64,000 nt of DNA from Bdellovibrionales bacterium (GTDB lineage Bacteria; Bdellovibrionota; Bdellovibrionia; Bdellovibrionales; Bdellovibrionaceae), in NCBI GenBank assembly GCA_031370005.1, contig JANMPT010000021.1:64001-128000 (forward strand), written 5' to 3'. This document shows, one piece after another, positions 28,941 to 37,857 of this stretch. A program made the position numbers and the translations under genes. The notes under the pieces are model-generated. The model had not been told where the DNA came from. It saw nothing but the letters and a program-made list of their open reading frames with translations, and did no database searches. The stretch's first letter is position 1. Each line of letters starts with the position of its first letter.

Positions 28941-29867
28941 TTGTCGAGGTCGTTTAATATGTCAAAAGGTCCAGTGAATCCCAAAGACAACAGTGAGTAC
29001 ATACAAGCTCTCGTCAACATTGTAGCAGAACTTCGCGGCCCAGGTGGTTGTCCGTGGGATAAAGAGCAAAATCATAGCACTTTGGCGCGCTATGCCATTG
29101 AAGAATGCTTTGAAATGCTTGAGGCACTTGAAGAAAGGGAAGCTTTTCGAATCAAAATGAAGGAAAAGTCATTAAACGAGAATGAAATTAAAAGCTCAGA
29201 TCAGTTTATTTCCCTTGGTGAAAAGTTTAAAGAAGAGCTTGGTGATGTACTCTTCCAAGTGGTTTTACATGCCCAACTTGCTAATGAAGAAGGCTCCTTT
29301 AACTTCAATGATGTCGTCTCCTCGATTTCTGAAAAACTTGTGCGTCGCCATCCGCACGTCTTTGGTGACGTCAAAGTCACGAGCACTGCAGACGTCTGGA
29401 AAAACTGGGAGAGAATCAAAAAGGCAGAAAAAGTTGCTCGCGGCGAAAAAGCAGTCCTCATCTCTGTACCTACAGGCCTTCCCGCCCTGCAAAAAGCTCT
29501 TACGATAGGTGAAAAAACTCATAAAATAAAATTTGACTGGGAAGGTCCTCAAGAAGTCTGGCTCAAGGTTGAAGAGGAATTTGCAGAATTGCAAGAGGCC
29601 ATGGACAAGGATGTTATAAGTGAGATTGAGCATGAGCTTGGTGATGTTCTCTTCAGCCTTGCACAACTAGCTCGTCACTATGAACTCGATCCAGAGCAAG
29701 TGCTGCGATTAGCAAATGCAAGATTTCTCGATCGCTTTGAGAAAATGATCACAGCTTACAAAAGCGCCACTTCAAAAACATCCAGTCTAGATGAAGTGCT
29801 AATACAATTTGCTGTACTCAGTACTGATGAAAAAGAAAAATTCTGGGAAATCGCTAAAAAAAGTTAG
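28941..29867 (+). CDS. mazG: Nucleoside triphosphate pyrophosphohydrolase MazG
   Basis: LRGPGGCPWD.EQ, EELGD, KLVRRHPHVFG and a second EEF.E/ELGD domain. Start may be ATG 28959. Confidence 0.95.
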   Translation: MSRSFNMSKGPVNPKDNSEYIQALVNIVAELRGPGGCPWDKEQNHSTLARYAIEECFEMLEALEEREAFRIKMKEKSLNENEIKSSDQFISLGEKFKEELGDVLFQVVLHAQLANEEGSFNFNDVVSSISEKLVRRHPHVFGDVKVTSTADVWKNWERIKKAEKVARGEKAVLISVPTGLPALQKALTIGEKTHKIKFDWEGPQEVWLKVEEEFAELQEAMDKDVISEIEHELGDVLFSLAQLARHYELDPEQVLRLANARFLDRFEKMITAYKSATSKTSSLDEVLIQFAVLSTDEKEKFWEIAKKS

Positions 29868-30055
29868 TCTTCTCGACCAGACTTTTCGATCAATTTTTGA
29901 TCTTCATTGCATAGACCATGAAAAATTTGACATTTATAAATATGCGCCATGACATGGAAATTTTCTTTTGCCAGACCAGACTGTCAGATACTTTTTCAGT
30001 TTCTTGGACATTCACACTATGTACAACTAAAGAAAGTTTAAAATGCCAAAAAATT

Positions 30056-30072
30056 CGTCAAACTGTTTGACG
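30056..30072. promoter_or_regulatory. Perfect 17-bp dyad CGTCAAAC-T-GTTTGACG, candidate transcription-factor site
   Basis: Perfect 8-bp inverted repeat in the ~400-bp intergenic region upstream of the gliding cluster. Confidence 0.55.
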
Positions 30073-30266
30073 TCAGATTTTATTTTGAAAATAGTTATTT
30101 TTATATTTTCGATGATATTTCAAGTAGTTACCTAATATCAAATTGAGATTTTAGGACCAAACATTTAGTCGTTTCAAGCACTTCACTGCAATTTCGATTT
30201 TAATCTCAGGACCTATTAAACTGGCCACAGATCTAGACGATAGGTCTTTTGAACTGGAGGTTCACA

Positions 30267-31331
30267 ATGAAGTTCCGCTTAGCCACCCTCACACTTGCAA
30301 CAGCTGCAATAATGATTGCAGGTTGTAGTAAATCTGCTGACTCATTTTCTTTGCTATCGGACGCCTCTAGCTATAAGCAAAACGCCCAGTACATACCTCG
30401 AAAGGTAGATATCTTATGGGTTGTTGACAACTCTGGCTCAATGGCGAGTTCACAAACTCGTTTGGCCAACAACTTCTCTTCCTTTATTAGTAAGTTTATC
30501 GCAACTGATTCTGATTTCCATATGGCAGTAACTACTACGGATGCATACTTAGCTCCTTACGCTACCCAGTATGCTGATTACTCTCACATCCGTGATGGCG
30601 ATGGCAGTGTTCACTCTGGAGTCTTTGTTATTGATAAAAACACCCCCGATATTTCAAATGTATTCTTGAAAAATATCACACAAGGTACAGCGGGCTCAGG
30701 TGATGAACGTGCATTCTCAAGTTTTAAAGTGGCGTTGAATGAGCCCTGGAATGCAAGCTTCCGACGTTCAGATGCATTCTTAGCAGTTATAATAATTAGC
30801 GATGAAGATGACTTCTCTCACAATGACTCTGCAAGTGGCTTGAGCAGTTATTATTTTTCAGAAGATTACAATGATACTAATATGTACTCAATTCCCAGCT
30901 ATGTAGATTTTTTAACTAGCTATACATCTTCTGCAGGTGCTGGTAAGAACTTCTCTGTTAACACAATCAATATCTTAGATAGTACATGTTTGGGACAGTT
31001 ACAAAACGGTGCGCAAAAAATCGGGCAACGTTATATAGCTCTTGCTGACGCTACAGGCGGGCAAAAAATCAGCCTTTGCAGTGACTTTAGTCAAAGCTTG
31101 CAAGTTCTTTCTCAATCTATCGTAGAACTAGCAAGTGTGTTTCAACTGACTCGTGAACCAATTGCAGAAACAATTTCAGTAACTGTAGACGGCACTGTTG
31201 TAGCTCAAAATGCGAGCAACGGTTGGACCTATGATGCAACCACAGTTTCTATTGCCTTTCACGGAACAGCAATTCCGGCCGCAGGAGCTGATGTAAAAAT
31301 CTCTTTCGATCCTAAGAGCGTAAAAAACTAA
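30267..31331 (+). CDS. VWA-domain lipoprotein, CglB-like adhesin
   Basis: GGAGG SD then ATG 30267, IAGC lipobox, MIDAS motif VVDNSGSM, IISDEDD and a C-terminal Ig-like strand set. First gene of the gliding cluster. Confidence 0.8.
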   Translation: MKFRLATLTLATAAIMIAGCSKSADSFSLLSDASSYKQNAQYIPRKVDILWVVDNSGSMASSQTRLANNFSSFISKFIATDSDFHMAVTTTDAYLAPYATQYADYSHIRDGDGSVHSGVFVIDKNTPDISNVFLKNITQGTAGSGDERAFSSFKVALNEPWNASFRRSDAFLAVIIISDEDDFSHNDSASGLSSYYFSEDYNDTNMYSIPSYVDFLTSYTSSAGAGKNFSVNTINILDSTCLGQLQNGAQKIGQRYIALADATGGQKISLCSDFSQSLQVLSQSIVELASVFQLTREPIAETISVTVDGTVVAQNASNGWTYDATTVSIAFHGTAIPAAGADVKISFDPKSVKN

Positions 31332-31361
31332 GCTCTGAGCTTACAATGATTTAAGAGGGGA

Positions 31362-31952
31362 ATGATAATGAGCACACAACCAAACACAGCAACCACAAGT
31401 CATCATGAGTGGTACATTCTGCGCGGTGAAATGAAATTCGGACCCTATGAATACAGTGCGCTTATTCATATGATTCAAACCGGTGAGATCTTTGACTATA
31501 ATTATGTATGGGCCCCTCATATGGAATCCTGGATGGTTTTAGGGGATATTCATGAGTTTTCTAAAGACCGCCTAGCTCGTCTCATCCAGACACAGGACCA
31601 CCTGTCAGGTTCCTTTATCAAACGGAGCTCTCCTCGTATCGATGTGGACTTGGATGTATATGCCCATAATAATAATAATTTTTTCGATGGAAAATGTATA
31701 TCTATTAGTGATAATGGCGCTCTTTTGCTTCTGAATGACCCCCTTCTTTTACCGGGCCAGGAGATAGTCATTCATTTCCGCAACCACAATGAAAATAGTC
31801 CTTCAGGTTTTAATGTGAAAGCCGAAGTGATTAGAAAGAACTTTTCAAAACAAAGAATTAACGTCAAATCTGGTTTGCACTACGCTGTTCGTTTCCTTCA
31901 AGTGCCAAAAGATGGACAAGAACAAATACAAAATATGATTTTGAAAAAATAA
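31362..31952 (+). CDS. GYF_2 (DUF4339)-PilZ hybrid protein
   Basis: N-terminal WY.....KFGPY...YVW..ME.W (GYF_2) and a C-terminal PilZ with RSSPR (RxxxR) and SISDNG. Confidence 0.85.
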   Translation: MIMSTQPNTATTSHHEWYILRGEMKFGPYEYSALIHMIQTGEIFDYNYVWAPHMESWMVLGDIHEFSKDRLARLIQTQDHLSGSFIKRSSPRIDVDLDVYAHNNNNFFDGKCISISDNGALLLLNDPLLLPGQEIVIHFRNHNENSPSGFNVKAEVIRKNFSKQRINVKSGLHYAVRFLQVPKDGQEQIQNMILKK

Positions 31953-31967
31953 TTGGAGGAAAAGTAT

Positions 31968-32681
31968 ATGATGGGCTTTGTTGGTTTTATAAATGATGCA
32001 GGTGTGGTGGGTTGGATCATCCTCCTTACTGGTGTTGGCTCTTTGGTTCTTGTGTTTGAAAGAGCAAAAGCACTTTATTTCTCTTACGGTATGAATGTCG
32101 ATGACTTCATGGCTAAAACTCAAAATTTGGTTTTAGCTAAAAAACTAGATGAAGCACTTTTGATGTGCGCTCAAATGGAACAAAAACCATTAGCTCGTGC
32201 TTTCAAAACGATCCTTGAAAAAGCGGATAGGGACGATGAAACCATCTTCCAAGCACATGACATCGCGATGTCTGAGAACGTTCCTCTGTATACAAAACGC
32301 CTCCACTATCTTTCAATGCTAGCTAACGTTGCAACACTTTTGGGTCTATTAGGTACTATCCATGGTCTAATTTTGTCATTCCAGGCAGTAGCACAGGCTG
32401 ATCCTGCACAAAAACAAGCAATGCTTGCGCATGGAATCTCGGTATCCATGTATACAACTGCTTTAGGTCTTGCAGTAGCAATCCCGGCGATGGTTTTTTT
32501 CTCATTCCTAACTGCACGCCAGAATCAATTGATAGAACAAATCTCTGAAAAGTGCTCAAAGTTAACAGAATTACTTACAAGCTCTCACATTCCTACTTTG
32601 AACCGTCAGACAGTATTTCCTGACCAAGTTGCAGTGCCTAAAGCACAGAATGTACCACCTTCAAATATGAAGGCATCTTAG
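31968..32681 (+). CDS. MotA/TolQ/ExbB-family proton channel subunit (AglR-like)
   Basis: ATLLGLLGTIHGLI and GIS.SMYTTALGL.VAIP. GGAGG SD before ATG 31968. Confidence 0.92.
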   Translation: MMGFVGFINDAGVVGWIILLTGVGSLVLVFERAKALYFSYGMNVDDFMAKTQNLVLAKKLDEALLMCAQMEQKPLARAFKTILEKADRDDETIFQAHDIAMSENVPLYTKRLHYLSMLANVATLLGLLGTIHGLILSFQAVAQADPAQKQAMLAHGISVSMYTTALGLAVAIPAMVFFSFLTARQNQLIEQISEKCSKLTELLTSSHIPTLNRQTVFPDQVAVPKAQNVPPSNMKAS

Positions 32682-32715
32682 GCTTTAGAAGTTAATCTCG
32701 GCGAGGAGAGTATTT

Positions 32716-33264
32716 ATGAGAAGAACGAAAAAAATTAAAATTAGTCATGAGTATGAGTTTGAATTGGATTTAGCACCGCTGCTGGCGGTAATGGTTAAAC
32801 TGGTTCCCGTTCTTCTCATCTCCTCGGCTTTCGTGCAGTTAATGACAATTGAAACGCAGTTGCCACAAGTTGTTCAACAAGCCATCGAGAAAAATGACAA
32901 AGACCTTAAGGCAACACAGATAACTCTTGAGGTAAAAGAAAAAGAAGGTGTAAAGATTATCGTAAAGAAGAACGGCATAGAACACTCTGAAATCGTTCCA
33001 AAAACTAATGATGGTAAATTTGACTTTGCACGTCTTCAAGTAAGACTTCGCGAAGTAAAAAAACAAAATCCAGAAGTCTTCAAGGTTGATCTTTCACCAG
33101 ATGCAAACGTGTCTTATAATGATATCGTACAAGTAATGGATGAGTGCCGCCGTAGCCGTGACGCAAATACTAAATTCCCACTTTTCGACAAGGCAACCAA
33201 TAAGGAAACATCCACAGACTATATGTTTCCTGAGGTTATCTTTGCCAACACGATGGAGGGTTAG
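32716..33264 (+). CDS. ExbD/TolR-family subunit (AglQ/AglS-like) lacking the TM Asp
   Basis: Single N-terminal TM (LDLAPLLAVMVKLVPVLL) and a periplasmic 'PDANVSYNDIVQVMD' ExbD signature. Confidence 0.85.
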   Translation: MRRTKKIKISHEYEFELDLAPLLAVMVKLVPVLLISSAFVQLMTIETQLPQVVQQAIEKNDKDLKATQITLEVKEKEGVKIIVKKNGIEHSEIVPKTNDGKFDFARLQVRLREVKKQNPEVFKVDLSPDANVSYNDIVQVMDECRRSRDANTKFPLFDKATNKETSTDYMFPEVIFANTMEG

Positions 33265-33267
33265 TTT

Positions 33268-33765
33268 ATGGGAAGAAGACGCTATGAACTTCCAAAACAA
33301 AAAAATACCTTCGGCCTGAACATCACCTCAATGACCGATATGTTCACTATTCTGTTAGTGTTCTTGTTACAAACTTATTCAACTTCTGACGTTGAGCTTA
33401 TTCCCGAAAATGGAATGCGACTACCTGCTTCGTCTTCAAATACGAATCCAGTAGAATCAATTAAATTAGTGGTTTCAAAAGAGCTCGTAAAAATTGATAA
33501 AACAAAAATTGCAGATATGAAGGATTCAAATTTTGAAGCCAAAGATATTGACCCTAATGATTCAAACTTTATTCTTCCTTTATTCAACGAACTTGACAAA
33601 CTTGCTAAAGACGAAAAACTGAAAGACAACCCTGCTGTCAAAGAAGGACGTATTTTGTTGCAAGCAGATGCCGCACTCCCTTACTCAGTGTTGAGAAAGG
33701 TAATGTACACTGCTTCTATGGCTGGATTTCCACAGTTGAAGTTAGTGACCCTCGTAGGAAATTAG
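33268..33765 (+). CDS. ExbD/TolR-family subunit (AglS/AglQ-like)
   Basis: LNITSMTDMFTILLVFLL with the conserved Asp, and QAD..LPY..LRKVMYT...AGF. Confidence 0.9.
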   Translation: MGRRRYELPKQKNTFGLNITSMTDMFTILLVFLLQTYSTSDVELIPENGMRLPASSSNTNPVESIKLVVSKELVKIDKTKIADMKDSNFEAKDIDPNDSNFILPLFNELDKLAKDEKLKDNPAVKEGRILLQADAALPYSVLRKVMYTASMAGFPQLKLVTLVGN

Positions 33766-33778
33766 TCGGAGAAACTTT

Positions 33779-36700
33779 ATGAGTTCACGTATATTCTGGA
33801 TACTTCCTCTGTTCTTGCTTGCAACCCAGCCCTCATTTGCCAAAAAGCAAAACGGCAAGGGCCTTTTGCCAGAGGTTCGCATTGGCGACAGCGGCAATGA
33901 GACCGACAACGACAAAAAAGCTCTTACTTCTGAAATTTTAATTACACGTTCAGAAAATAAAGCTATTGAATCACTTCAAAAATTAATTAAAAATAAAAAG
34001 CCCGGCACCCCAGAGAGTGCCGATCTACTTTATCGTCTTGCTGAACTTTATATGAGACGCTCAAAATCAGGTCGCTTCTTTGATATGAACATCAATAACC
34101 CTGTCGTAAAAATGAGTCCATTTCCTATACCTAACGAGCGTGGCACTGATGCTGTAAAACGTGCCATTGTTATTTATACTCGCATTGAAAAAGAGAACCC
34201 CAACTTTAAAGATATGGACTCAGTTCTTTTCAATAATGCCTTTGCATATCAACAAACCGGCAATCATAAAGAAGCCACTGCGATCTTCACTCGTCTCGTT
34301 GAGAAATTTCCAAAATCACCATTAATCGCGGACGGCACTTTGGCACTTGGTGAATTACTTTATGAACAGGCGAAGTTTTCACAAGCTCTTGAGCAGTTTC
34401 TTAAACTAGAAAAATCGCCTAAATCCCGTGTTTACTCATACGGCATGTATAAAGCTGCATGGTCTTACTACAACATGAAGGATGCACAGAACGGCACTAA
34501 GCGTCTTTTAACTGTTATAAAATCAAACCAACCATTACAGGACGGTGAGGTGCCAAGTAACCGCCACAATCTTCGAAAAGAAGCACTTCGCGACTTAACT
34601 ATTTTTGTAGGTGATAATTACTCTGCAGATAAACTATATCCTTTCTTTGAAAGGATCACTCAAAACAACGAGTTGGGTCCAGCTATGATCCACCTAGCAA
34701 AACTTTATCAGTCTCATAGCCGTCAGAAAGAGATAGGCATTTTCTTGGGTGAGTTTATTGATAAAAACCCGACTAACCCATACTTAGTAAAGGCCAATCT
34801 CTATCTTGTAGAAGCTTATGAAGATCTTAAGCTACGTGATAAGGTTATCAATCACCTTCAAGCGGCCAGCGAGCTTTGCAAAGCTGATTCTCCATGGAGA
34901 TCCACCCAAAAACCTGAAGAAGCTGGTGAATATTGTGATAAAGATTTCCGCCATGAATCGCTTGATATTGCAAAAAAATGGTGGGAAATCTGGTTGAAAA
35001 ATAAACAAAACATGGCCTTTTCCGATTTAACTCAGAAATCATTTCGCTTGATTCTCGACAACGAAGATCCAGCAAAGCCCGATGTTAAAACTCACTTTGC
35101 CTTGGCAGAATTACTTTTTCAATTGGGAAAATATGATGAAGCTGGCCGTGAATATAAATTCGTAGGCGATCGTGCCCATGAGCCAACTTTGCAGCATGAT
35201 GCCAACTATGGGGCCCTCTACGCCGTTGAAAAATCTCTTGAAAAAAGCAAACAAAAAGACCCCGCAAAGGATGCGCTTCGTAAGGCACTTGCAAGTAACT
35301 ACCTTGCAAAACATCCAAATGGAAAATATGCTTTGAATGTCCGCTTTAAAATGGGCCATATCGCCTATGAAGAAAACAACTTTCCAGAGGCTGAAAAGTG
35401 GTTAAAGCAAATCGCCGAGTCTAATAAAGACCCGGATCTAAAGAAAAAATCTGAAGATTTAATGCTCGATATGCTTAACATTAAAAAGGACTACTCTGGC
35501 CTGCAAAAACTTTCTAAAAAAATTATAGCAACCGCTGTCAATGATGATCGCAAAAAAAGTATGACCAAGATCCTGGAAGAGTCTTCATTTGCTGAGATAC
35601 AGGAGTTTTCGAAAACTGCAGATCCAATGCAATCTGCTCACAAGCTATTGGATTTTGCAAAGGACAACGATAACTCTTCAATGGCCAAAGATGCTTTATG
35701 GCAAGCCATCAGTCTGCTTTACGCAAATGGACGGCAGTTTGAGGCAGCCGAGTTGAGTTTGCAGTTTGCCAAGAAATATCCCGAAGATAAAAAAACATTA
35801 GACGCACTGAAAGACGCAGCAAAATCCTATGCAGAAGTCGGCCAACTTTTAAAAGCATCAGAAACTCTCAAAATAATAGCTGATATGGATAAAAAGACTG
35901 CCAGTGCAAATCTCGAGACTGCAGCCGATTTTCTTCGTCTTGAAGGACGTAGAAAAGAGTCACGTGATATATATACAAAACTCATGCAAGGCATGGACAA
36001 TAAAAACCAAGCCCGTATGATCACAAAAATCATGGCTACATACAGCAATAAAACAGGTAATCCTGATTATGATAAACTCCAAGAAAAGATTTTATCTATT
36101 AATATGGAGCCATATGCGACACAGATTTTATTAGAACGCGCTGAAAAACTTCTAGCCTCTGGAAAGAGAGTTCATGCTTTCGATGCTGCGAAAAAAATCT
36201 TAGCACGCAATATATCCAATGATGATAAGGCTCCGGCGCGCCTCATTCAGGCTCAGGTTCTTGAATATGAACTTGTGCAACAAAGTGTGAAAGCAAAAAT
36301 GGATAAGTTTGCCTTTGTTCTTAGTATAAAAACAGAGAAACTAGACAAAGCTCAAACCGCCTATCTAAATGCCATGACTTTAAGTAAAGATGAAAAAATA
36401 GTTCGTAAAGCCCTGGCCGGTCTTGATCGTAGCTATACAAACTATATTGATAGCTTACAAAACATGCCAATGCCTAATGCTTTAACTCCAGATGAAAAAG
36501 AGACTCTCAAGGCTGAACTCGCTAAAATCACGACTCCTATCAAGGGCAAAAAAGCAGAGAACGAACAGCGTTTGAAAACTTTGGTGGTCGTTCGAGCAAC
36601 TAGTGATGCCAAAGACCGCGATTACTCTGAGCTGAGCCCGGAGTCTACAGTTACTCCAGCAGTAGCTTACCCTTTAGCAGCTCAATTTGAAGGCTATTTA

Positions 36701-37495
36701 ACTGCAAAAATCGATCTAAGCCCTCCCCGCGTACAAAAAGGTCAAACAAAAGTCTGTAACCGTTTTTTTCTTGTTAAAGATGCCAAAACCCAAGCCATCC
36801 TCGATAATGCGAATGCCTGTTATGTCTCAAAACAATACGATATAACTGAGAAATTATCCCTCGAACTCGCCAAGCTCAAAGAAACGCGGGTTTTAGGACT
36901 CTATTACTTGAGTTTGGCCGCCGATGCTCGCGAACAAAAAGAAAAGGCCTTATGGCTCATTGATCAATTGATGAAGACTCAAAGTGAGAACGCCTTAGTT
37001 TTATATCAAAAGGGACGTCTCATGTATGAACTCGAAGATATCAATACAGCGATTCCTTATTTCGCCAAAGTTATAGACATGAACATTGGTTCGTCAGAAA
37101 TCACAACTTTCGCTGCGGTCAAAGCCTTCACCGAAAAGGACTATATTACCTCAACGGAGAATTTCTCGCACCTGCCAAAAGATCAGGTATATAATTACAA
37201 TATGGGACCTTTGTATAGTGAGGCTTGGGCATTACAAGGAGAAGCAGAAAAAGGGCTTCAGTTAATTACAGAATTATCCGCTAAGAAAAGAGACAATGTG
37301 GATATCATGTTGCAACAAGCCCACTTGATTGAGGTCTATAAACCCTCAGACGTCAAAACGGCTCAGCAAGTCTATGAACGAATTGCTAAGATTACGACGA
37401 AAGTAGACTTGAAGGACTGGATTAGTAAGAAGTTAACTCTACTTAAAGGGCAAGTACCAACTCAGGGAAAGGTGACCGCTTTAGAGAGTAACTAG
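33779..37495 (+). CDS. Large secreted TPR protein, GltD/AgmU-like
   Basis: Signal peptide, LLYRLAELY, many TPRs (YGMYKAAWSYYN, LRKEALRDL) and a position directly after the AglRQS-like genes. Confidence 0.8.
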   Translation: MSSRIFWILPLFLLATQPSFAKKQNGKGLLPEVRIGDSGNETDNDKKALTSEILITRSENKAIESLQKLIKNKKPGTPESADLLYRLAELYMRRSKSGRFFDMNINNPVVKMSPFPIPNERGTDAVKRAIVIYTRIEKENPNFKDMDSVLFNNAFAYQQTGNHKEATAIFTRLVEKFPKSPLIADGTLALGELLYEQAKFSQALEQFLKLEKSPKSRVYSYGMYKAAWSYYNMKDAQNGTKRLLTVIKSNQPLQDGEVPSNRHNLRKEALRDLTIFVGDNYSADKLYPFFERITQNNELGPAMIHLAKLYQSHSRQKEIGIFLGEFIDKNPTNPYLVKANLYLVEAYEDLKLRDKVINHLQAASELCKADSPWRSTQKPEEAGEYCDKDFRHESLDIAKKWWEIWLKNKQNMAFSDLTQKSFRLILDNEDPAKPDVKTHFALAELLFQLGKYDEAGREYKFVGDRAHEPTLQHDANYGALYAVEKSLEKSKQKDPAKDALRKALASNYLAKHPNGKYALNVRFKMGHIAYEENNFPEAEKWLKQIAESNKDPDLKKKSEDLMLDMLNIKKDYSGLQKLSKKIIATAVNDDRKKSMTKILEESSFAEIQEFSKTADPMQSAHKLLDFAKDNDNSSMAKDALWQAISLLYANGRQFEAAELSLQFAKKYPEDKKTLDALKDAAKSYAEVGQLLKASETLKIIADMDKKTASANLETAADFLRLEGRRKESRDIYTKLMQGMDNKNQARMITKIMATYSNKTGNPDYDKLQEKILSINMEPYATQILLERAEKLLASGKRVHAFDAAKKILARNISNDDKAPARLIQAQVLEYELVQQSVKAKMDKFAFVLSIKTEKLDKAQTAYLNAMTLSKDEKIVRKALAGLDRSYTNYIDSLQNMPMPNALTPDEKETLKAELAKITTPIKGKKAENEQRLKTLVVVRATSDAKDRDYSELSPESTVTPAVAYPLAAQFEGYLTAKIDLSPPRVQKGQTKVCNRFFLVKDAKTQAILDNANACYVSKQYDITEKLSLELAKLKETRVLGLYYLSLAADAREQKEKALWLIDQLMKTQSENALVLYQKGRLMYELEDINTAIPYFAKVIDMNIGSSEITTFAAVKAFTEKDYITSTENFSHLPKDQVYNYNMGPLYSEAWALQGEAEKGLQLITELSAKKRDNVDIMLQQAHLIEVYKPSDVKTAQQVYERIAKITTKVDLKDWISKKLTLLKGQVPTQGKVTALESN

Positions 37496-37577
37496 AAATT
37501 AGTTTGAATATTTTAATTTGTATTGAACCAAATAAAGTCGCTCTGCTGTAATTCCGAAGACTTGTGTGGAGGAGCAA

Positions 37578-37820
37578 TTGAAAACATTAATCGTAGGATT
37601 AATTGTTGTCTTGGGATTTGTTACTAGTGCAGAGGCAAAGTCAAAAATTACTCGCAAAGTCCAAGAGGTTAATTTTGGTGAAATGAACCTCAAAGGTACG
37701 ATTCGAAATCCCGACGGAGCCTATCTTGTGCAAAAAAAAGGTATTAAGTTTTTACCTTTGTATGACATTCAAAAAGATATGGACGGCCGCATTCGTGAAT
37801 CTAGCCTTTATTTAAGATAG
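37578..37820 (+). CDS. Small secreted GltF-like protein
   Basis: GGAGG SD then TTG 37578, signal peptide, and 'VNFGEMNLKG.IRNPDG.Y' resembling GltF. Lies between the GltD-like and GltG-like genes. Confidence 0.7.
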   Translation: MKTLIVGLIVVLGFVTSAEAKSKITRKVQEVNFGEMNLKGTIRNPDGAYLVQKKGIKFLPLYDIQKDMDGRIRESSLYLR

Positions 37821-37857
37821 TAAGAGATTACTTGAGATATGACTTTACGGGGTACGT

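Noticed and set aside
28941..29867. MazG as part of an anti-phage or toxin-antitoxin module
   Set aside because: It is a full two-domain housekeeping-type MazG with no adjacent toxin or defence genes.
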